In this document: in pieces, positions 56,504 through 64,000 of the stretch
Position numbering within the stretch: the first letter of the stretch is position 1
Layout of the letters: each line of letters starts with the position of its first letter
Assembly (NCBI GenBank): GCA_963765495.1
Contig: CAVXWP010000008.1
Span: 672,001 to 736,000, forward strand
Reading direction: 5' to 3'
Source of the DNA: Blastocatellia bacterium
GTDB lineage: Bacteria; Acidobacteriota; Blastocatellia; UBA7656
DNA length: 64,000 nt
Made by a program: the position numbers and the translations under genes
Notes under the pieces: model-generated
What the model was told of the DNA's origin: nothing
The model's database searches: none
Seen by the model: the letters and a program-made list of their open reading frames with translations, nothing else

Positions 56504-59323
56504 ATGGCAATTAATAAGATTACAGTGCGCGGAGCCAGACAACACAACCTCAAGGATGTCAGCCTGGAGATACCCCGAAACCGCCTGACGGTTGTCACTG
56601 GCCTTTCGGGGTCAGGCAAATCGAGTCTCGCCTTTGACACAATCTATGCCGAGGGCCAGCGCCGGTATGTGGAATCATTATCAGCTTATGCCCGCCAGTT
56701 TCTCGATCAACTTGAGAAGCCCGATGTTGATGCGATTGAAGGGCTGTCGCCCGCCATTTCCATCGAGCAGAAGACTACCAACCGCAGTCCCCGCTCAACC
56801 GTAGGCACGGTCACGGAAATCTATGATTACCTGCGGCTGCTCTTCTCTTCGATAGGCCAGCCACACTGTTATAGCTGCGGGCGGCCCATTTCGCGACAAT
56901 CCATCGACCAGATCGTGCAGCAGTTGAACCACCTGCCCGAAGGCGAACGCGTTATGATACTCGCGCCCCTCGTCCGTGGACGCAAGGGTGAATTCAAGAC
57001 CGACCTTGATAAGTTGTCCCGTTCCGGTTTCACTCGCGCCCGGATTGACGGCGAGATACGACAACTCGATGAAGAGATCAAACTCGACAGGCGACGAAAT
57101 CATACTATAGAAGTCGTGATTGATCGGTTGCTGGTCAAGCCGGGGGTTCAAAAACGACTGGAGGAGGGCGTGCAGCTTGCCGTAAAGCTGACCGGCGGAC
57201 TCGTGATGATCTCGGTCGTAGACGGCGAGGAGCGCCTTTACTCCGAGAGAATGGCCTGCCCCGAATGCGGAATCTCCGTTCCCGCGCTCGAACCTCGCTC
57301 GTTCTCTTTCAATTCCGTTTACGGAGCCTGCCCGACCTGTCATGGACTCGGCACACGGGCCGAAGTTGACCCGGCAAAGATAGTTCCCGACCCAATCCTT
57401 CCCATAAAAGATCAAAACCCTTTCCCTGCCGACAGGGCGATCAGCAATTATTTGCGCGATGTGATGAAGGCAATTGCAACCCAGTATGATTTGTCCACAA
57501 ATTCGCCTTTCTCTGACCTGCCGCAAAAGGCGCAGGACGCATTTTTTCAGGGGACAAAAGAGAAACTCACCCTTCGCTATGGAGCATATGAGTATAATGC
57601 CGAATGGAAGGGAGCCATCGCCTATCTGCGAAACCGCGTTGACCAGATGAAAACCGAATCGGCCGTGGATGCATTTGAGGCGCTGGTATCTCAGGTCATC
57701 TGCCCGCAATGCAACGGCCATCGGTTGCAACCTGCCTCGCTGGCCGTTCGAGTGGCGGGTCGAACTATTGCCGAGTACACCGCGCTGCCGATCTCTGAGT
57801 CGGTAAAGGTCTTCAAAAAAATAGAACTCGACGCCCGCGAAGAAAGGATAGCCGGGCTCATCCTTCGCGAGATTCAACAACGACTGAGTTTTCTCGAAAC
57901 TGTCGGGCTTGGCTACATAACGCTTGATCGAGCCTCGGCAACCCTTTCGGGCGGCGAAGGCCAGAGGATAAGACTGGCAACGCAGATAGGGTCGCAATTG
58001 CGCGGCGTGCTTTATGTGCTCGATGAGCCTTCGATAGGACTTCACCCCCGCGATAATCTCAAACTGCTCGAAACGCTCGAACACCTGCGCGATCTCGGGA
58101 ATACGGTTCTTGTCGTAGAGCACGACGAGGAGACAATACGTCGAGCCGATCACGTGATTGATCTCGGACCCGGCGCAGGCGCTCACGGCGGCGAACTGGT
58201 AGCGGAAGGGACACCAGAACAGGTCACGGCAACCCCGGGCTCGATTACGGGCCAGTATCTGTCCGGCAAGATGACTATTCCCGTCCCCGAGGAGCGAAGA
58301 CAATCTAACGGAAAAGCTATAAAGGTTCTGGGTGCACAGGCCAATAATCTGAAAAATATCGATGTAGCATTTCCTCTGGGACTCTTCCTTGTTGTGACCG
58401 GCGTTTCCGGTTCCGGCAAATCAACGCTTGTTGAAGACATTCTCTATCACAGTCTTGCAAAACGAATCTACAAGAGCCTGACCGAACCGGGAGAACATCA
58501 GGCGGTCGAGGGTCTGGAATACATTGACAAGGTAATAGAGATCGACCAGTCGCCCATCGGACGCACTCCGAGATCGAATCCTGCGACATATACGGGGGTC
58601 TTCACACCCATTCGTGAACTATACGCGATGCTTCCCGAATCGCGCGAACGAGGGTACAAACCGGGTCGTTTCTCGTTCAACGTGAAGGGCGGCAGGTGCG
58701 AGACCTGTCAGGGCGAGGGCCTTAAACGCATCGAGATGAACTTTCTGCCTGACGTGTATGTTCTGTGCGATGTTTGCCGGGGCGCTCGATATAACCGCGA
58801 AACCCTCTCGGTGCGTTATAAGGGGCTCTCAATCGCTGACCTGCTCGACAAAACCGTTGAGGAAGCCCTCCCCGTACTCGAAAACATTCCGCAGATAAAC
58901 AATAAATTGCAGACGCTTATTGATGTGGGATTGAGCTACATAAAGCTTGGCCAGTCGGCGACCACGCTTTCAGGAGGCGAGGCGCAGCGAATAAAGCTTG
59001 CCAAAGAATTGTCAAAGCGCGCCACGGGGCGCACGCTTTATATACTCGATGAACCAACTACAGGGCTTCATTTCGAAGATGTTCGCAAGCTGCTTGATGT
59101 GCTTCACAAGCTGGTATCACGCGGCAACACGGTGCTTGTGGTCGAGCACAACCTCGATGTGATCAAGAGCGCCGACTGGATAATCGATCTCGGCCCGGAG
59201 GGCGGCGAGCACGGCGGTCGCGTGGTCGCCGAAGGCACGCCGGAGGATGTCGCGCGATGCCGCCGGTCCTACACCGGGCAGGCTCTGCGCCCGGTCTTGA
59301 ACGGACATAGTAAAACCAGATGA
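56504..59323 (+). CDS. uvrA: Excinuclease ABC subunit A
   Basis: [31 protein letters not shown], zinc fingers, two LSGGE signatures. Confidence 0.98.
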   Translation: MAINKITVRGARQHNLKDVSLEIPRNRLTVVTGLSGSGKSSLAFDTIYAEGQRRYVESLSAYARQFLDQLEKPDVDAIEGLSPAISIEQKTTNRSPRSTVGTVTEIYDYLRLLFSSIGQPHCYSCGRPISRQSIDQIVQQLNHLPEGERVMILAPLVRGRKGEFKTDLDKLSRSGFTRARIDGEIRQLDEEIKLDRRRNHTIEVVIDRLLVKPGVQKRLEEGVQLAVKLTGGLVMISVVDGEERLYSERMACPECGISVPALEPRSFSFNSVYGACPTCHGLGTRAEVDPAKIVPDPILPIKDQNPFPADRAISNYLRDVMKAIATQYDLSTNSPFSDLPQKAQDAFFQGTKEKLTLRYGAYEYNAEWKGAIAYLRNRVDQMKTESAVDAFEALVSQVICPQCNGHRLQPASLAVRVAGRTIAEYTALPISESVKVFKKIELDAREERIAGLILREIQQRLSFLETVGLGYITLDRASATLSGGEGQRIRLATQIGSQLRGVLYVLDEPSIGLHPRDNLKLLETLEHLRDLGNTVLVVEHDEETIRRADHVIDLGPGAGAHGGELVAEGTPEQVTATPGSITGQYLSGKMTIPVPEERRQSNGKAIKVLGAQANNLKNIDVAFPLGLFLVVTGVSGSGKSTLVEDILYHSLAKRIYKSLTEPGEHQAVEGLEYIDKVIEIDQSPIGRTPRSNPATYTGVFTPIRELYAMLPESRERGYKPGRFSFNVKGGRCETCQGEGLKRIEMNFLPDVYVLCDVCRGARYNRETLSVRYKGLSIADLLDKTVEEALPVLENIPQINNKLQTLIDVGLSYIKLGQSATTLSGGEAQRIKLAKELSKRATGRTLYILDEPTTGLHFEDVRKLLDVLHKLVSRGNTVLVVEHNLDVIKSADWIIDLGPEGGEHGGRVVAEGTPEDVARCRRSYTGQALRPVLNGHSKTR

Positions 59324-59402
59324 GGATAATGCAGGGCCATTGCCGGATCGCAGCAACCCGCCTTGTTTTTTGCGATCTCAGAAAATAGACTACGCGGAAT
59401 AT

Positions 59403-59987
59403 ATGATTGAACGCATACAGCAGATGGCTCGTGAGAGCGGCGAGGTCAAACGTGACTTCTTCCAGTCTCAATCATACCTGGTTGAGCAGGCGGCTCGTAC
59501 TTTGATCGAAGCCATTTCAAGAGGCGGAAAGGTTCTGGTCTTTGGCAATGGAGGCTCGGCGGCAGATGCTCAACACATCGCAGCGGAACTGGTCAATCGC
59601 CTGAATCACGACCGACCGCCCATTGCTGCAATCGCTTTGACAACCGATACTTCGATCCTCACTTCAATCGGCAATGATACCTCTTTCGATGAACTGTTCG
59701 CCCGTCAGGTGCGCGCGCTCGGTCGCCCGGAAGATGTGGCTCTTGCCATCTCTACCAGCGGCAACTCTCCAAACGTTCTGCTCGCCGTAGAAGCCGCGCG
59801 TGCGATTGGCATAAGGACAATCGGGCTTGCCGGGCGTGATGGTGGACAGCTTGCCGGACTTGTTGACGTAGCTCTCGTCGTAGGATCAAAGTCTACACAA
59901 CGCATTCAGGAGACACATATTACAATCGGACATATCCTTTGCGAACTGATCGAGGATGCGCTTTATCCGGCAGAGGAGCGGGGTTGA
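59403..59987 (+). CDS. gmhA: Phosphoheptose isomerase
   Basis: FGNGGSAADAQHIAAE, ALTTDTS, GND, ISTSGNS, RIQETH. Confidence 0.95.
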   Translation: MIERIQQMARESGEVKRDFFQSQSYLVEQAARTLIEAISRGGKVLVFGNGGSAADAQHIAAELVNRLNHDRPPIAAIALTTDTSILTSIGNDTSFDELFARQVRALGRPEDVALAISTSGNSPNVLLAVEAARAIGIRTIGLAGRDGGQLAGLVDVALVVGSKSTQRIQETHITIGHILCELIEDALYPAEERG

Positions 59988-59990
59988 GCG

Positions 59991-60959
59991 ATGGCGCGAT
60001 ATGACGAAAAACCGATTGACCTCTCGGGGATTTCCACCTATCCCCTCGCTTCTCGCCCAAGTAAAGTGACCGTAAGTGACTTCGCCAAACCTTCGACGGC
60101 AAACCAGACAACAAGAGAATTCCTGGGTAGTCTGCCGAACATCCTTGCCGCGCGTGACCTGCTTGAGCTGGCCCGAGCTATCGTGCGAGCAAAGCAAAGC
60201 GGGAAAGCGATAATCATCGGAATGGGAGGACACGTCATAAAGACAGGCGTCGGGCCTGTTTTGATTGATCTGATGAAGCGCGGATTTGTTACCGCATTTG
60301 TTATGAACGGCTCGGCTATGATTCACGATTTCGAGATAGCGATAACCGGCGCGACATCCGAAGACGTGGATGCGACATTGGGCTCAGGCGGTTTTGGGAT
60401 GGCCGAAGAAACCGGCCGTAATATCAATGAGGCAATCAATTCAGGGGCAGGCGACCAGATAGGCATGGGCGAAAGTATAGGCCGAAAACTTCACCAGATG
60501 GCTCCGCCCTTTGCCGACAAATCTGTGCTTTATTCAGCCTATGAATCTCGAATTCCGGTTACCGTTCACGTGGCGATTGGAACCGACATCATTCACATCC
60601 ACCCGTCGGTTGACGGAGCATCCGCCGGTCAGACATCGCACCAGGACTTCCGACTTCTCTGCTCACTTGTCCGAGGCCTCGATGGCGGAGGCGTCTATTT
60701 GAACCTGGGCTCGGCTGTGGTCCTGCCCGAGGTCTTTTTGAAGACAGTAACCGTTGTGCGCAACCTGGGACACGGGCTGGAAAATTTCACAACGGCAAAC
60801 TTTGATTTCATCCAGCATTATCGACCAGTGACAAACGTAGTACGCAGGCCGGTGGCCGGTAGCGGAAGAGGATTTTCATTTACAGGCCATCACGAATTGA
60901 TGATTCCACTCCTTGCAGCCGCAGTTCTCTCTGAGTCGGAAATCTCTCCAGATAAATGA
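59991..60959 (+). CDS. Conserved hypothetical protein, deoxyhypusine-synthase-like fold
   Basis: GMGGHVIKTG...LIDLMKRGFVTAFVMNG..IHDFE, AYESRIPVTVH, GSAVVLPEVFLK, GHHELMIPLL; resemblance to DHS judged by eye. Confidence 0.65.
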   Translation: MARYDEKPIDLSGISTYPLASRPSKVTVSDFAKPSTANQTTREFLGSLPNILAARDLLELARAIVRAKQSGKAIIIGMGGHVIKTGVGPVLIDLMKRGFVTAFVMNGSAMIHDFEIAITGATSEDVDATLGSGGFGMAEETGRNINEAINSGAGDQIGMGESIGRKLHQMAPPFADKSVLYSAYESRIPVTVHVAIGTDIIHIHPSVDGASAGQTSHQDFRLLCSLVRGLDGGGVYLNLGSAVVLPEVFLKTVTVVRNLGHGLENFTTANFDFIQHYRPVTNVVRRPVAGSGRGFSFTGHHELMIPLLAAAVLSESEISPDK

Positions 60960-60982
60960 GAGTTCAGTTTTGATGATTCAGG

Positions 60983-61942
60983 ATGCAATTCACACTGGAC
61001 AAGAGTCAAAACAGCACGCTCTTTGAGCAGGCCCGCGAACAGTTGATCACGGCCTTGCACGTGGGAAAGCTTAAGGCTGGCGACCGCTTGCCGAGCGTGC
61101 GACAACTGGCAAAACACAACAGCGTGAATCACAAGACCGCGTTCGCAATCTATCAAAGATTGAGCGCAGACGGTTACATCGAGCTTCGCACAGGTTCCGG
61201 GGCCTTTGTATCCAAAGTAGAACAGGGAGACCTGGATCAGATTTACTGCCTCTCGATACTACGGTTGATAAGGTCGAGTATCGCGCAGGCAGATCAACTG
61301 AAACTTGACCCCGATAAGTTCTCGCGGCTTCTGCGAAACTTTGTCAATCAATCCGATCTGGGCAGCATTCAGGTCGCCGTGGTCGAATGCAACGAAGAAC
61401 AGGTCAATCTCTTCACCGAAGAGATAAGATGCCGTCTTGGTTTGCGGGTTTTTCCCCTTTTGATCGAGCGGCTGAAGAAATCCGACAACCGGCTGTCGAA
61501 ATTTCTATCACGCATGGACCTGTTTATTACAACCGGGTATCACTTTTCTGAGGTTAAAGAAATTATCTCTCCATACGGCAAAAAGATACTCGAACTTCGC
61601 TTGAACCCGGCCTTTCTGACGGGGCTGATCGCGGCCGCCCGCAGGGGGAAAGTGCTTATGATCGTGTCGAATAAGAGTTATTTCCCGGCCTTTCGCCAGG
61701 CCTTATTGAGCACAGGAACACCTGCACCTGTCGTAAATAATCTGACCCCGATTGATGACTCTAACCTGAATCAAATCCGGGCCGCGATTTCTGATGCCAG
61801 CTTCGCCTATATATCCCCGATCTGCCGCCCCCAGGTCCGCACCGTCATCCCACAGGGCATTGAAGAGATTCGCGTTGATACTACCTTATCGGAAGAATCG
61901 CTTGACCTCCTCCAGGCTTTCACCCTTCTCCACACCCTGTAA
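60983..61942 (+). CDS. GntR family transcriptional regulator with uncharacterised C-terminal domain
   Basis: LKAGDRLPSVRQLA..., AIYQRLSADGYIELRTGSGAFV. Confidence 0.88.
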   Translation: MQFTLDKSQNSTLFEQAREQLITALHVGKLKAGDRLPSVRQLAKHNSVNHKTAFAIYQRLSADGYIELRTGSGAFVSKVEQGDLDQIYCLSILRLIRSSIAQADQLKLDPDKFSRLLRNFVNQSDLGSIQVAVVECNEEQVNLFTEEIRCRLGLRVFPLLIERLKKSDNRLSKFLSRMDLFITTGYHFSEVKEIISPYGKKILELRLNPAFLTGLIAAARRGKVLMIVSNKSYFPAFRQALLSTGTPAPVVNNLTPIDDSNLNQIRAAISDASFAYISPICRPQVRTVIPQGIEEIRVDTTLSEESLDLLQAFTLLHTL

Positions 61943-62251
61943 GACGCGTCACCTTTCGCCTTAGAGACATATCTTACTGGAACAGTTTCTATCAACCATT
62001 AAAATTGTTCCATTTGCCTGGAACGATTTCCATGTTATGCTCTTGCCGCTTGAATAAATAGAAGCCAGTGGAAGCCGAAATAGTCCGGCCTGATAGCTGT
62101 TTTTCAGGCCGGCAAAAGACAGGGAGATGTGTGCTCATTCACTTTTCCTGTCATTCGGCAATCTGGCCAGAACTCGGGCCACTTGGCCGAGGACCCGGTT
62201 GATTGCCTCATTGACCATTCCAATATTTACGCTCACAAGAAAGGAGACGTT

Positions 62252-64000
62252 ATGATCAGGAGACTGACTTGCTTTGCAATGACTCTCTTATTACTGAGTA
62301 GCGCGGTGCCTGTCTTTGCACAGGAAGGCACATCGGTGCTCAGGAGCACAATTACCGATTCTACCGGTGCAGTAGTAGCAGGCGCTCAGGTTTCCATCGC
62401 CAACCAGGCGACGGGGCTCAATCGTCGCTCTGCAAAGACGAATGATGAGGGAATAGCGATTTTCCCGTCGCTCATTCCCGGAAAGTATCGCGTCACGGTA
62501 GAGTCGCAGGGGTTTAAGACCACTGTGCGCGAAGGCGTAGGGCTTGAGGTTGGAGAGACACAGGACCTAAAAGTATCACTCGAAGTAGGGGCAACAGATG
62601 AAACAGTAAACATATCTGGAGACGCGCCTATAATCGAGACATCCTCAAAGGAGATCGGCGGTCATATCGGCGAACAGGAGTTGATCGAGTTGCCCTCGAT
62701 CAATCGAAATTTCATTGGTTTTGTCGGGTTGCTTCCAGGCGTGGTTCCCTTTATCAGCACGGAATCATTCGGGTCAGATTCCGTGAGCGTAAACGGGCAG
62801 GACCCGCGTTTCAACAACTACCTGCTTGACGGGTCAAACAACAACGACGATGTCATAGGACAGCGGGCAGGCGCGCAGACTCGCACGGCACTCGAATCCG
62901 TGCAGGAATTTCAGGTTCTCACAAATCAGTTTGATGCCGAGTTCGGACGCACATCCGGGGCAATAATCAACGCGATTACCAAGTCGGGCACAAATCAGTT
63001 TCACGGCAGCGGATATGGCTTCTTTCAGGATAATTCCCTGAATTCCAGCGACAGGTTTGCGATTCTCAATGAACTGGAAGAGCCTGATACCAACATGAAA
63101 CAGTATGGTTTCACAATAGGCGGCCCGATCAAACGAGACCTGGCTCATTTCTTCTTTGGACTGGAACGGACCAGAATCGCGGAAGGAATAATCATCGACA
63201 TCCCGGCAGCGCCACAATTCAACGCCACCACGACCGAAGATACAAAGGCGCTCAACACGACACTGCGCTTCGACACGCAGCCGTCTAAAAATAATCAGAT
63301 CGCTTTTCGATGGTTGAGAGAAAGCTCTCCGCAATTTAACCAGATCATTGGAGCGGTTACGCTGGATGCGGCACGTGAAGAGGCCGACGTGGACCAGACC
63401 TATGTGGGAAGCTGGACAGCTATCTTTAGCCCCACGATTGTCAATGATGTGCGTGTATCATTCACGCGAGAGAACGTAGCATTCGCAAACCCCGGTTTCA
63501 ATTCCGGGAAGTCTATGGCGGAACTTCCGCCGACTCTGGCCTTTCTTTCCTTTTCGGCTCAACAGAGCAACGTCGCGCAAGCCCGTATCAATAATTCCTA
63601 TCGCATAGCCGATACGGTCTCTTTGATTCGGGGACCGCACTCACTGAAGTTTGGGTTCGATTATAACTATGTCACGGCCGACAATCTCGATGAGGGATTC
63701 CTGAACGGCCAGTTCAATTTTCCCACAAACCTTCCGTTCGATGCGGGCGATCCAAGGACCTACCCGGAAAGACTCTTTATTCGAGTGGGTGGTCCTCTAA
63801 AGTTTGTTCTGGTCAATCACAACCCGAGCGCATTTGCTCAGGATAACTGGAAAGTATCCAACAAGCTGATGCTCAATCTCGGCGTGCGATACGATGATGA
63901 AACGATTTCGAAGGACAATAACAATTTCTCGCCCAGGCTTGGATTCGCTTTTGACCCGACAGGCGACGGCAAGACGGTTATCCGTGGAGGATACGGCTGG
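62252..64000 (+). CDS. TonB-dependent receptor (Oar-like, carboxypeptidase-regulatory N-domain), 3'-truncated by window edge
   Basis: Not in the ORF track because it has no stop in the window; my translation gives a signal peptide, ITDSTGAVVAGAQV, LPSINRNF, NNYLLDGSNNND, SVQEFQVLTNQFDAEFGRTSG..INAITKSGTNQFHGS; AAGGAG RBS. Confidence 0.9.
   Translation, partial: MIRRLTCFAMTLLLLSSAVPVFAQEGTSVLRSTITDSTGAVVAGAQVSIANQATGLNRRSAKTNDEGIAIFPSLIPGKYRVTVESQGFKTTVREGVGLEVGETQDLKVSLEVGATDETVNISGDAPIIETSSKEIGGHIGEQELIELPSINRNFIGFVGLLPGVVPFISTESFGSDSVSVNGQDPRFNNYLLDGSNNNDDVIGQRAGAQTRTALESVQEFQVLTNQFDAEFGRTSGAIINAITKSGTNQFHGSGYGFFQDNSLNSSDRFAILNELEEPDTNMKQYGFTIGGPIKRDLAHFFFGLERTRIAEGIIIDIPAAPQFNATTTEDTKALNTTLRFDTQPSKNNQIAFRWLRESSPQFNQIIGAVTLDAAREEADVDQTYVGSWTAIFSPTIVNDVRVSFTRENVAFANPGFNSGKSMAELPPTLAFLSFSAQQSNVAQARINNSYRIADTVSLIRGPHSLKFGFDYNYVTADNLDEGFLNGQFNFPTNLPFDAGDPRTYPERLFIRVGGPLKFVLVNHNPSAFAQDNWKVSNKLMLNLGVRYDDETISKDNNNFSPRLGFAFDPTGDGKTVIRGGYGW

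Noticed and set aside
56795-58303. 502 aa ORF antisense to uvrA
   Set aside because: Lies entirely opposite a highly conserved gene, has no recognisable motifs, and is explained by codon bias (shadow ORF)

Overview
A 64 kb chromosomal window of a Gram-negative soil-type bacterium, most likely Acidobacteriota (inferred from the PadR/ADOP pair, an Oar-like TonB receptor, a TPR-tailed Ser/Thr kinase and LPS genes). The left half is accessory: an ABC-2 efflux operon behind a sigma54-type promoter, a cNMP-domain thioredoxin-reductase-like gene with a UBP zinc finger and an MFS transporter, a sulfatase, and an IS5/ISL2-like element sitting at the broken end of a group IIC intron 5' remnant. The main accessory locus is a respiratory cluster: system II cytochrome c maturation (CcsB/CcsA), a decaheme MtrA/DmsE-type cytochrome, an MtrB/PioB-type porin, a periplasmic 5(+1)-heme cytochrome with a CX8CH motif, and a stand-alone MsrQ-like membrane protein. 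The right half is mostly housekeeping (kdsA, thiolase, waaF, glnE, rimP-nusA-infB-rbfA-nrnA, uvrA, gmhA). It also holds an apparently catalytically dead M1 peptidase and a deoxyhypusine-synthase-fold gene. Several ~100-150 bp elements built from inverted arrays of short tandem repeats are scattered through the window, and one is inserted in frame inside glnE. I recognised no tRNA, rRNA or CRISPR array. All family calls come from motif recognition by eye; no database search was run.
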